DNA of 63,254 bases, filler included, from Octopus bimaculoides (lineage: Eukaryota): assembly GCF_001194135.2 (NCBI RefSeq). It is 6 parts of 6 records of this genome, joined end to end, with 100 filler letters (N's around TTAATTAATTAA, not from the genome) between each part and the next. Parts side by side here need not be neighbours in the genome. Positions count along the whole stretch, not along the records: positions 19,172 to 41,489 come from NC_068985.1; positions 41,590 to 60,519 come from NC_068984.1; 4 more parts are not named here. One strand, written 5' to 3'. The notes below the pieces were generated by a model. It saw only the letters and a program-made list of their open reading frames with translations. It had not been told where the DNA came from and searched no databases. Of this stretch, positions 37,269 through 49,519 are shown piece by piece (positions within the stretch are counted from its first letter, which is position 1; every line of letters begins with the position of its first letter). The translations under genes and the position numbers were made by a program.

Positions 37269-37894
37269 AGCACGCCGGGCGAAACGCTTAGCTGTATTTC
37301 GTCTGCTGCTACGTTCTGTGTTCAAATTGTGCCTAAGTCAACGCTGCCTTTCATCCTTTAGGGCTCGATAAATTAAGTACCATTTGCGTACTGTGGACGA
37401 TCTAATCGACTGGCTCCATCCCATAAAATTTCCGGCCTTGTGCCTAGAGGAGAAAAGAATATTTTCTTTTCAGAAAGGCGGACGAAATGCTTAGCGTATT
37501 TCGTCTGCCGCTACATTCTGATATCAAATTCCGCCGAGGTCGACTTTGCCTTTCATCCTTTCGGGGTCGATAAATCGAGTACCAGTTACGCACTGGGGTC
37601 GATGTAATCGACTTAATCCCTTTGTCTATTCTTGTTTGTCCCCTCTATGTTTAGCCCCTTGTGGGCATTAAAGAAATAAGAAACATTAGCACGCCGGGCG
37701 AAACGCTTAGCTGTATTTCGTCTGCTGCTACGTTCTGTGTTCAAATTGTGCCTAAGTCAACGCTGCCTTTCATCCTTTAGGGCTCGATAAATTAAGTACC
37801 ATTTGCGTACTGTGGACGATCTAATCGACTGGCTCCATCCCATAAAATTTCCGGCCTTGTGCCTAGAGGAGAAAAGAATATTTTCTTTTCAGAA
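37269..37894 (+). mobile_element. SINE triplet: two identical 207-bp copies flanking a different SINE
   Basis: 37269-37475 equals 37688-37894 by eye; the middle copy 37476-37687 has a different tail. Confidence 0.9.
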
Positions 37895-38416
37895 TGTGTC
37901 AAAGAATGTTTGATGACGTTACTTTTGACGCCGTCAACTTGCAACCGTTCAGGAAAAACTTAAACTACATCGATATCGCAGCTTTAGAATGTCTTTCAAG
38001 TATCCTTGGCCACAGTCTGTTCCTCCAGAGCAAGCCACAAAATAATGGAAAATAAACTAAATGAATTTCTTTGTCAATGAATCTAAAGGAAATATAAAAT
38101 TTATCAGCAAAATCCTGTATGTTTGTAAAATTCAGAAGAAAAATAATCATAAAACAAACGATAGGCACAATTTTTTTCTAGATAAAAGGCTATTTCTTGT
38201 TAAACTGCTAACATTCATGCGACTGATTTTCAACTTGGACAATTTTAAGCCGATGTCTTCAGGAGAAATGTGAGATGGAAAGCATTGTTTCTCTATTATA
38301 AGAGAGGAAACCAAATACGTAAACAAAGAAATCAATGCTGTATTAAAATACTGTAGCATAATAATTTATTGATGAAAATCATACAATTATCATTATTAAT
38401 CTCTCTCTCTCTCTCA

Positions 38417-38461
<45 letters not shown>

Positions 38462-38514
38462 ACACTCTGTCTCCTCCTCTTAAGGTACAAGTTAAATAGG
38501 CTACAAATACGAAT

Positions 38515-38852
38515 ATATATTACGGCGCTCTGTCGGTTACGACGACCAGGGTTCCAGTTGACCCGATCAACGGAACAGCCTGCTCGTGAAATTAACGTGG
38601 AAGTGGCTGAGCACTCCATAGACACGTGTACCCTTAATGTAGCTCTAAGGGAGATTCAGCGTGACACAGACTGTGACAAGAGAAACAGGAAGAAAGAGTG
38701 AGAAAAAGTTGTGGTGAAAGAGTACAGCAGGGTTCACCAGCACCCGCTGCCGGTGCCTCGTGGAGCTTTAGGTGTTTTCGATCAATAAACACCCACAACG
38801 CCTGGTCTGGGAATCGAAATCGCTTCCTTAACCACTGGGTCATTGCACCTCC
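38515..38852 (-). mobile_element. tRNA-head SINE, family C
   Basis: Reverse strand GGAGGTGCAATGACCCAGTGGTTAAG...TTTCGATTCCCAGACC head; body homologous to 15.8 kb. Confidence 0.8.
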
Positions 38853-38920
38853 ACGAATATATATATAAAGTATGAGACAACAAAGAGTTGAACTGATGGC
38901 GAAACAATATTACAGGAAAC

Positions 38921-39335
38921 AGCACGCCGAGCGGAATGCTTTGCGGTATTTCGTCTGTCTTTACGCTCTGAGTTCAAATTCCGCCGAGGTCAATTTGCCT
39001 TTCATCCTTTTGGGGTCGATAAATTAAGTACCACTTGCGTACTGAGGTCGATCTAATCGACTGGCCCCTCCCCAAAATTCCAGGCCTTGTGCCTAGAGTA
39101 GAAAAGAATATTTTGAGGCGGCGAGCTGGCAGAAACGTTAGCACACCGGGCGAAATGCTTAGCGGTATTTTGTCTGTCTTTACATTCTGAGTTCAAATTC
39201 TGACGAGGTCAACTTTGCCTTTCATCCTTTTGGGGTTGATAAATTAAGTACCAGTTGCGTACTGAGGTCGTTCTAATCGATTGCCCCCGCCCCACTCCAA
39301 AAATTATCGACCTTGTGCCTAGAGTAGAAATGAGC
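38921..39335 (+). mobile_element. Tandem pair of family A SINEs flanked by a 12-bp direct repeat
   Basis: ATTACAGGAAAC at 38909-38920 and 39336-39347. Confidence 0.85.
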
Positions 39336-40642
39336 ATTACAGGAAACGGAGCAGTTATTCCTGTTTTTTGAATTGTGACAAAAGCCATGTGTAACTTCGT
39401 TATACATCAAAAATATTTATTGCATTGAAATCTAAATGGAAAAAATTTCTAAATTTAATGTTTGAAAATTGAACAATTTCTGTAAAATGTGTTTAGTATT
39501 ACAAGAAAGTCGCACATATGAAGCTTGCCGTAGTTTTGAAACTGTTATCTTTAGAAGTAGAAGAACAAGAAACATGTGTGACAAATATAAAGATATTTTG
39601 AAAGACATATTAATATTGGAGAAAGCATAGACGTTTATTATATGTTAATAGAAAGATTTAAAGTACGTGAAGATGTTTGTAAAGATGTAATTATTCTCGG
39701 TTGTTTGAAGATTTACATTATTGGAAACGAAAATTTCGATGTCGATTTAGTGATATTTTTAGCCAGCTGAATACGATGTAAAGTGAACGTGTGTATTGAC
39801 GTGCAAACAGATCTCAACAAATTTTACACTAATTTAGAAGATGACTAAATGAAAGCTAAAAATATAAAACAACTATTAACACCTGGTCTGTCTATATGCA
39901 ATTCACGTAATTAATAGAAAAGTAGGTGATATAACATCAGGTGTGTATGTGTGTGTGTGTATATATATATCTGTGTGTGTGTGTAAGTGTCTGTATGCAC
40001 GATTGTGTCTGCGTATGTGTGTGCATGCGTGTATGTATATATACAAAGAATGAAAGATGGGAGAGACCGAGAGACATAGAAACGCAATCAGGGAGAGAGA
40101 TAGAGAGAGAGAGAGAGGGGGGACATTCAAGCATTTGGTTGCGGAAGTTATCAACAAATTTCAAAAATAGCAACGGTTACTGCTTTAGAGTTAATTGCAC
40201 GGTCGGAATTGAACTTATATGGAAACATGGCTGGTTGTGCTGTTGGTGGAGTCTCTTCCCTCCGTCAGTAATCCTTAATGACTTTGCTTTAAAATGAGTT
40301 AACATGAACTTTACTATATAAGTTCAAATTAGGATGAGCTCGGATCTTTTATTTAAGACTGGAGTTGCAATTTGTTGCCGTTTCTTATATTTTCCTCGCT
40401 CTTACATTTATCGCTCTATCTGGTAACACTTGTTTCGTTAAATTCTCGATTACTTTCTACCTCACTTCTTCTCTTATATACACCGATCTCACATATTTTC
40501 TTCCGAAGAAGATTTATGTCTGAAAATTTAAACTTTTCTTCTGCGCGGTATAAGATTTAGTTCACCGTTGAATGTATTACATTTTGCAGGCACAAAACAT
40601 CACTAGTTTCTTTGCTGACTACTATTTTCTTTCTTTCTTTCT

Positions 40643-40684
<42 letters not shown>

Positions 40685-40749
40685 AGAAAAAGAAAATAGG
40701 GATCGAGAAGTTGACAATTGTTTATTATTAACAACAAATTAATCATCAG

Positions 40750-40833
40750 CCCTTACAGCTGTTTCAATTAATGTTCAATAAATATTAAGTAGATATTAAG
40801 TGTATATGATCTGAGCGTAATATCTTCAGAGGG
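40750..40833 (-). ncRNA. Hammerhead motif with canonical core and weak, extended stem II
   Basis: Reverse strand CCCT-CTGAAGA-[about 57 nt AT-rich]-GAA-ACAGCTGT-A-AGGG. Confidence 0.65.
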
Positions 40834-41589
40834 GGAAAGATATAAATATATATTAGTATGTATATACATATTTATATATAAATAAATAGATAGATACAGA
40901 GGGAGAGTGAGAGAAAGAAATTTGTGTATGTGAGTGTATATGTGAGCGTGCGTGCGCGTGTGTGTGCGTGTGTGTTCGTGTGTTTGTATGTTGGCATACA
41001 CATATATAGATTGGAATCCACGTGTAGATAGATGTAAATAGACTCAACATGACTATCAAATATAAATAACTCGTTTATAATTAGATCGCATATCATCGCT
41101 CAGAAAAATCGATCACCTATTTCTAACGGAAACAAGTAAAAGAATATTCGAAACATCACGCATAAAAGTCAAACTAAATTCCAAGTGAAGAACTCGGTAA
41201 GAAATCACGTTTACAAGTCATTCACAGAATCTTAAAATATTCTGGCGAATTTACAATTTTATAATAAACTATTATTCACATCATCAACTTTTAAATTCGC
41301 ATTTTTTAAATTCGTTTATTTGTTTCAGTCATTTGACTACGGCCATTCTGGAGCACCGCATATAGTTGACCGAATCGACCCAGGACTTATTCTTCGTAAG
41401 CCTAGTACTTATTCTATCGGTTGTCAAGCGATGGTGGAGGGCAAATACAGACTCAAAAACACACAGACACAGACACAGATACACACACANNNNNNNNNNN
41501 NNNNNNNNNNNNNNNNNNNNNNNNNNNNNNNNNTTAATTAATTAANNNNNNNNNNNNNNNNNNNNNNNNNNNNNNNNNNNNNNNNNNNN

Positions 41590-42311
41590 TATATAAGCAA
41601 AAAGTATTCGAGTGTTTACGCTCGAAGATGTCACTGCTTTTAATATCATCTACGGTAAATATTTTTAAATGATGGTATTAATAGCAGTAATACAGGCGGT
41701 TCAACAGGTCAAATAGCATTAAATAGCTATCAAATTTAAAGCTAGCATGAGAATTACGAATGCGGAAAACAACATCGACCTGTTTAGAAATAGGAGCTAA
41801 ATACCTAATACAATCGCCGGAAGGCATCAGATAACAGAAAAACAACAGTAGGCAAGGAAACGGATAAAGAATCAAGACATTAAAAAAGCATACCTTCAAA
41901 TAATATGCCCTCCAGGTACTCATATACCATGGTTTCGGATTCTGGCCCGAAGGCCTTAACATCAGTATGAGTGACTGGCAAAAATTCTAACTCCGTCACG
42001 TTATAAATCAGCCTGTGTTATGGCTAGTTTTGCGCCGAGCCAATCCACATAGTGCAAAATGTATATAAGCAAAAAGCATTCGAGTGTTTATGCTCGAAGT
42101 AAGATGTCACTACTTTTAATATCATCTAGGGAAAATATTTTTAAATGATGATATTAACAACAGTAATATTGGCGGTTCAACAGGTCAAATAGCATTAATA
42201 GTCATAAAATTTAAAGTTAGCACGAGGCATAAGAATGCGGAAAACAACATTGACCTGTTTAGAAATAGGAGCTAAATTCCTAATACAACCGCCGGAAGGC
42301 ACCAAATAACA
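41590..42311 (-). repeat. Direct repeat of about 250 bp (period 472 bp) with a hammerhead motif between the copies
   Basis: 41590-41836 versus 42062-42311, diverged; ribozyme remnant at 41912-41978. Confidence 0.85.
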
Positions 42312-42343
42312 ATATGTATATAGATGCATAGGATGGAGAGTCG

Positions 42344-42376
42344 CTGAAGAAGTCACAGGATGTGTGACGAAAGCTT
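42344..42376 (+). ncRNA. Hammerhead core with perfect stem II but no clear stem I
   Basis: CTGAAGA-A-GTCACA(ggatg)TGTGAC-GAA-AGCT-T. Confidence 0.45.
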
Positions 42377-42399
42377 TCCAGACAAAGGACTTAAAATAA

Positions 42400-43530
42400 T
42401 TATGTAAATATAATTTCCACAAAGAAAGAGAATTTGTTTTACATTTCGAGCTTGTGCTCTTTGTCAAACAGACTAAGGAAAGCAAAAGGTCCGTGTACAG
42501 GAGTGATGTTAATGATGGATAAAGGAAATGAGTTAGTTAATAGATGATTTCAGGGTAGAACAGTGTTAGTAGATGAGGGGCAGAAATGTCGGACATGCGG
42601 AAAAAAGCAGAACTGGTGTGTGTGTATGTGTGTGTGTATGTTTGTGTGTGTGTGTGTGTATGCGTGTGTGCTATTTCATGCATATGTATCTATGTGGGTG
42701 AGATAGCATGTATGCGAAAGTGTCTGAGCTGGAAGTCCATCTGTACGTCCATGTGTAAGTGTATGTAAGTGTATACCTTAGATTAGGATGGAAAAAGTTG
42801 ATAGGGAGGGATTAGAGGAGATATAAACGATTGTTGATGGAATTAGGAGAGAATGTGCCACGTATGAAAATAATTTAATGTTCATTATGTACACAAGTGA
42901 AGAGAGGTCGATGGTGTTGGAGTAATCAGAAGACAGAGAAGTGGTAGTGAAAGTGATATGGTGAGTCGCAAGTTTAAGGTGGTCGGGGGTGTTGTGTCGT
43001 ATGTGAAGTTGGTGGTCTTTGAAGCGCCATCTGCCAAGTGTCGACAAGTTTCACCTGTCTACAAATCATTTCAAAGAATTGACACCTGATGCAGTATACA
43101 ATATTTCTTGAATCACCAGTGAAGTAGTTAGCCAGTTGGAAGGTAGATATAGGCCTGGATAAAGTCGGAATGTTGACATAAAAGAAGAGTTGTTACTACA
43201 GGATCAAGAACTGGCAGAGGTTCTAGGTTGGGTTTGACTAGGGAGAGAAGGAAATTCTGGCCAAAAGATTGCAAAGTTTACCAAGTAGGTATAGAAGAAG
43301 GATTGGATGTGGCTTCAAGGAAGATTGGAGGCTTAACTAGATCAGAGTGGAAGGAATGGCGATTACAGAGAATTAAAGAGGGCGAGTGGCCGGGGAAAAG
43401 GGGAGCAAGAAATGCATTTGGTGGGTAGGCGAGTGCGGTGTAGTTGATGGCTTAGGCTTGGCAACAGTAGGTTGCGAGGAAGAAGTGGATTTGCTAGACG
43501 GAAATGGAAACTGCGTGGAAGTCCGTTGTA
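42400..43530 (-). mobile_element. Decayed Penelope-like element 3' part (GIY-YIG region + pLTR)
   Basis: Reverse strand FTGDSRNIVYCIRC and GETCRHLADG(F)KDH; hammerhead remnant GAGC-ACAA-GCTC-GAAATGTA-AAAC at 42435-42471. Confidence 0.75.
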
Positions 43531-43889
43531 TATATGTTATGTATTTAGGTATGAATGTATGAATGTATATGTATATATATATATATATATATATNNNNNN
43601 NNNNNNNNNNNNNNNNNNNNNNNNNNNNNNNNNNNNNNNNNNNNNNNNNNNNNNNNNNNNNNNNNNNNNNNNNNNNNNNNNNNNNNNNNNNNNNNNNNNN
43701 NNNNNNNNNNNNNNNNNNNNNNNNNNNNNNNNNNNNNNNNNNNNNNNNNATATACATATATAGAATAATAAGGTAGTCAGAATGTTTGATGATTATATAT
43801 ATGTTTTTATTTATTTACATCTTATTTACATTTTTAGCGCTTTCTTCCGTTATCGGTTTTTTCGAAAAATGCTTCAAATTTAGATTTCT

Positions 43890-46800
43890 TGGTCTATTTA
43901 TAAAGAATTTTCTGGGGCTTGCCAAGCAAGAGAGAAGAAAAAAGTTTTTGAGAAGGAGGAGGAGGTAAAGAGGTGTGGTTTTTGTATGATCAACAGGAGT
44001 GGTTCACTAACTATCAAAAGAATTATGGGGATAAATCCACAATGAAAACAAAACCACCACAAGAAAAAAGTACAGGAAAATCGAAAAATAACACAAACAC
44101 CGACTTCAGAGGATTGAAACAAGAATATCGAACCACCAGACACCCAAAAACATATGCGGACATGACCTCCGACTCATCTCAAATACAGATTAGAAACCCG
44201 TGCTCAACAACACCAAACCTTCATACTACGATGAATACACGCACAAAATATAAGCAACAACCGTCAACCAAATATTCTAGATGGAAGAACACATGAGAAG
44301 TAAGACAAGCAAAATACAGACAACCACTAACCCATAATACTGGACGACCTAGATGGATGAACACATGCGACGAAAGACAAGTGAGGAACAAACAACACAG
44401 AGACTATAATATAAAAAAATCATAATGAAAACTGAAGAAACCCACGATATATGACCACCAATCCTACACGGCCCAACAAACGTAGATGGGAAGAAGACGA
44501 CTACTAAGAACAACGAAAGATATACAGACAACATGAACCGTTCCCTCAATCACAAGGAAACTTGAACCACAGGAATAGAAATTGGAGACGTCATGACACA
44601 ACCCCATTTTTAGGCAGAAAATACTACAACCGCGCTCCGGACCCAATACAACAGAAGTTCCTAATGAACCCACAAAACACATGGACCCTAAAATTATGAA
44701 TTTATCAAATAGAGACCTCAACGAAAATGAAATGCGTCTCTTACTAAAAGGTTTCAAATTTACACCCACTCCGAATCTCATAGAACTAAAAACCGATACT
44801 GAGAACTTCAACCGTCACCTCGACAACAAGAAAGTAGAGGAGGAATAAATTGTAAGAATAAAATCTCATTTCACCTCTTACAAGGGTCGCGATAAACACC
44901 TAGATACATATATAAAAACAATTTCCAAATTCCCTCTCAGTAACCATAAATGCAAACAGAAACTTCATGAAGGAGAAAAGGAAGCTTTAGAAAGACTAAA
45001 GAACGACAATTCAATCATCCTCAAAGAAGCCGACAAGGGTGGGGCGATAGTAATCATGGACATAGACTACTACAAAGACACAATACTAGAAATTTTAACA
45101 GATCAAACATACTATAAGGAAGAATCAAGACACCTGGAAAAACAACACTGACAAAAATCAGAACATTAATCAACGAATACCAGGACTCCTTCACAGATAA
45201 AAAAAAAGGACTACCTATGCAACTCCATAATCAAAGAGAACAATTTCTACGGATTGCCCAAAATCCACAAAAGTTCTCAGATACAGAGGGCCATAAATGA
45301 ACGGAGGAGTCAATACGTAAAAGTACAAAGACCCACAGACCTCAAAATGAGATCGATAGTTACTGGGCCGTAAGCCCCAATACAACAACTGAGTCGCTTC
45401 TTCGACATACTCCTCAAACCCATTATTACCCAGCTATATATAGGATGACATGAACTTTCTCAAACACATCCCAACTACTATCCTAGAAGGTACTATACTT
45501 GCAAGTTTTGACGTCACTAACCTCTATACCAACGCACTGCATACCTTAGGCCTGGAAGCGGTCAAACACTGGGTAGAGAAACACAGAAGCTGTATAGATG
45601 AACGTTTCAGTACTAGAAGAAAATGCCTTCAGATTTGATAATAAGATATACCGACAGTTAAGGGCACTGCAATGGTTACGAAATTTGCACCATCATATGC
45701 TAACCTAGTCATGGGTTACCTAGAAGGTAGACTTTACGAGGAAGTAGGAGAAACCTTTGATTACGACTTCAAAGAAAACACCGTGAAGAAGTGGAAGCGC
45801 TACTTCGATGACTGCTTCATTTTTTGGGATAGACCAAAGAAAGACCTACAGATCCCTTAACACACTGCACCCATCTATCAAATTCACAACAGAAACCAGC
45901 TACAATGAACTACCTAGACATTCACATCAAAATACACAACTCCACTATCACAACAGACATATTTTACAAAAAACAGACAGACACCAATATTTAAATTTCT
46001 ACTCTTGCCACCCCTTACATATCAAAAGGAACATCCCATACAGTATGGCAAAACACATCTGCACCATAGTAACTGACCCACAAATACGCCAAATTAGACT
46101 TGATGAACTCAAAAGCTTCTCACAAGAACAAAATTACCCTGTGAAACTTCTAAATAAGGAATCTCGAAAGCAATGAAATTAGACATCACACAACCTAGGA
46201 CTCCAAGAGAAAAAAAGCAAGGAACTTACTATCCCACTAATTAACACAGACAACCTTGGAATAACCAATATTTTCCACGTTATACACTCAAACCTACCAA
46301 TATACTTACAGAGACCAAAAATGAGAAAACTGATAGACAAAAGCAACCTGCGAAATAGTAAACGCCAGGAAAAAAAAAACTTTAAAAAAACAACTAAAAA
46401 GAGCAAAAATTCGCATCAGAGAATTAAACAGAATTCTCCGCAAAGGAATGTGGAGACAGAAGATGTGGAATATGCAACAACAACAATAACTACAAATATA
46501 TAGCCACATAAAATTTATGAGTGGATTCTTATTCAAAGTAAATGCAAATATGGACTGCAAGATACAAAACCTCATACACTGCATTATTTGCCGCAAATGC
46601 AAGGAGAATTATAATGGTGAAATCAATAATTCCCTTTGCCAACATGGAAGAATTCACAGACAGCACGTCCGAGAAGAGGAGCTACGGAAAATTCCACTGA
46701 GCAAACATTTGGAAATATGTGGAGAAAGAAAATTCAAAATCTTCCCCTTCTACAAATGCTCAAGGAATGACACAGACCTCCGAAAAACAATGGAACTACA

Positions 46801-46920
46801 CTTCATAAAGAAGTTCGCACCAAAATTAAAAGCTTGAAGAAAAGAAACATTTGGAAATATGCGAAGGAAAATTCAAAGTTCCGAAAGATAACGTAACTTT
46901 ACTTCACAAAAAAAGTCGTC
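43890..46920 (+). mobile_element. Near full-length degenerate Penelope-like retroelement (RT + GIY-YIG)
   Basis: NLSNRDLNENEMRLLLKGFKFTPTP, ILKEADKGGAIVIMD, FYGLPKIHK, ASFDVTNLYTN, GTAMVTKFAPSYANLVM, RYFDDCF, LHPSIKFT, YLNFYSCHP, NLIHCIICRKCKENYNGE; many frameshifts. Confidence 0.95.
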
Positions 46921-47016
46921 AATAAAAATTAACATAATGATATTTTTTTTGAAATTTCACCTGTGAAAATTCTATATGAATATATATATTATATATATAT
47001 ACACACACACACACAT

Positions 47017-47047
<31 letters not shown>

Positions 47048-47144
47048 ATACATATATATATAGAATATATATATATATATAGAAAATATATGAGGGTGTG
47101 TATGCTTGCGTGTGTGTGTTTATCCTCTTCCCTCCGTTTAACAA

Positions 47145-47607
47145 GGATGTGGAGTGGAGTGAAAGTGTTTGAAGAGGCCCGGATGACGCAAACAGGGCTC
47201 AAGAGCTATTTAAGGAAAAATGTAAAGATCGAGAAGGTGAATGACAAGGACTTTTTTGTGTGCACAGTCTGTGACAGACCATGCCTGTCTTTGGCTGGCC
47301 TCAAATCTCACCTGCGAACCCATGGAAAACAAACTTCAACCAGCTATTCTGATTATATGTCTGTGCACACGTTTGAATGTGGTGTGTGCCAGAGGGTTTG
47401 CAAATCCAATGGGAGTCTTAAAAGACATGTTAGGATCCACAATGAGCAGAACTTACTTGCAGGTATTGGTAGTGTAAATCAGAGGTCCAATCTGTGTGGG
47501 TGTTTTTTCAAAACACTGTCTGGTTTAAAAGCCACATCAGACGCCATGAAAGGGCTAAGGTGTAGGTGCAGGAGATGGTCAAACTCTGTGTAAGGAGTAG
47601 ACAACCA

Positions 47608-47610
<3 letters not shown>
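47145..47610 (+). mobile_element. 5'-truncated RTE-clade LINE 3' end encoding three C2H2-like fingers
   Basis: WSGVKVFEEAR, then CTVCDRPCLSLAGLKSHLRTH, CGVCQRVCKSNGSLKRHVRIH and a third frameshifted finger; (TA)n tail; flanked by a duplication of about 50 bp. Confidence 0.75.
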
Positions 47611-47646
<36 letters not shown>

Positions 47647-47744
47647 ACACACACACACACACATACACACACATATTTGTATATACACGTGAGTGTGTGT
47701 GTTTGTTGGTGTGTATGCTTGTGTGTGTGTTTATCCTCCTCCCT

Positions 47745-47920
47745 CTGTTTAACAACCAGTGTTGGTTTGTTAATGTCCCCTTAACTTAGCGGTTCGGAAA
47801 AAGACGATAGAATAAGTACCAGATATAAAAAATAAGTACTGAGCTCGATTTGTTCCACTAAAACCCTTTCAAGGTTGTGACTCCAGTATGGCCACAATCT
47901 GAAACGAATGAAAGATAAAA
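47745..47920 (+). mobile_element. Family B SINE 3' half
   Basis: CCCCTTAACTTAGCGGTTCGG...GATAGAATAAGTACC...CCAGTATGGCC. Confidence 0.75.
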
Positions 47921-48179
47921 GTTAATGATTTGGTTCTATTTAACATAAAATTTCATGAGTTTCGGCTACAAAGGGAAGAAAAGGCGTAGATGATTTGGTG
48001 TGAGAGTGTTCGGATTAGAAGTAGGAATTGATCAGTTTGTAAGAGACGGCTGTGGGGAAAATGTGAAATACAAAGTGGAATAGGAAAAGTTAAGAAAAAG
48101 CAGAAACGAGTCGAGTGGCTCGTTGGTAAGTGAGGTCGCGCCAACACAATCGTTGTTGTAGTGACTGTATAACTCTGGG

Positions 48180-49297
48180 GTGAAACTGGTAAATTTTAAT
48201 CGTTTTTGAATCCAGACAAGACTGAAACGAGATAAGCAGATTCTGTGGCACTGAGGGCACTGAAAATAACACCCAACAACAGCTGCAGGCGGTTGATGAC
48301 GACGTCTCCTCCTACCTTCATGCAGTCTCCTACGTTCGGTTTCAAAGCGTTCTCACACGCGGACACCCATGCCTTCCGATTAACAGCCAGGAACTCCAAG
48401 CGATTGGGAGGGAAACCGCATAAAATGAGAGACTGCTTGAGATGATCATGTAAACCAAGTTTTGGATGTATGTGAGGCCTACTTCCAGTTTCTATCTCGC
48501 TGAAGAGGACCATCTTCGGGAGGCAGTTACCCGGCATCCGAGTCACATAACCAACTCAGCGGAGAAGAGGACGAAGGATTCAGGCTTCAATGCTGCAAAT
48601 CCTAGCCCTCAGGAAGATTGATCCATAGCATTNNNNNNNNNNNNNNNNNNNNNNNNNNNNNNNNNNNNNNNNNNNNNNNNNNNNNNNNNNNNNNNNNNNN
48701 NNNNNNNNNNNNNNNNNNNNNNNNNNNNNNNNNNNNNNNNNNNNNNNNNNNNNNNNNNNNNNNNNNNNNNNNNNNNNNNNNNNNNNNNNNNNNNNNNNNN
48801 NNNNNNNNNNNNNNNNNNNNNNNNNNNNNNNNNNNNNNNNNNNNNNNNNNNNNNNNNNNNNNNNNNNNNNNNNNNNNNNNNNNNNNNNNNNNNNNNNNNN
48901 NNNNNNNNNNNNNNNNNNNNNNNNNNNNNNNNNNNNNNNNNNNNNNNNNNNNNNNNNNNNNNNNNNNNNNNNNNNNNNNNNNNNNNNNNNNNNNNNNNNN
49001 NNNNNNNNNNNNNNNNNNNNNNNNNNNNNNNNNNNNNNNNNNNNNNNNNNNNNNNNNNNNNNNNNNNNNNNNNNNNNNNNNNNNNNNNNNNNNNNNNNNN
49101 NNNNNNNNNNNNNNNNNNNNNNNNNNNNNNNNNNNNNNNNNNNNNNNNNNNNNNNNNNNNNNNNNNNNNNNNNNNNNNNNNNNNNNNNNNNNNNNNNNNN
49201 NNNNNNNNNNNNNNNNNNNNNNNNNNNNNNNNNNNNNNNNNNNNNNNNNNNNNNNNNNNNNNNNNNNNNNNNNNNNNNNNNNNNNNNNNNNNNNNNN

Positions 49298-49349
<52 letters not shown>

Positions 49350-49490
49350 TTAGAGATGCAACCAAGAAAAGTTGTACTCATTTGTCATCATCCAGGATGA
49401 TGAAGTGAGGTGAGACTTACTTCTGAATATAGGGCGAAATATTAATGAACAGCATTTGTTGCTTTTTGAGTTTTGATATTGGTAAAAACA
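48180..49490 (-). mobile_element. RTE-clade LINE 3' fragment interrupted by (CT)n and an N gap
   Basis: FLGCISNIL, RARICSIEA*ILRPLLR*VGYVTRMPGNCLPKMVLFSEI..RPHIHPKL..LAVNRKAW, then FQCPQCHRICLSR (single finger). Confidence 0.85.
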
Positions 49491-49519
49491 GATAGAAAAT
49501 TAAAAGGAACAAAGTTAAG

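Noticed and set aside
46860-46890. GGAA..TTCC-GAAA resembling half a hammerhead at the PLE 3' end
   Set aside because: Explained as a duplication of coding sequence from 46704-46740.
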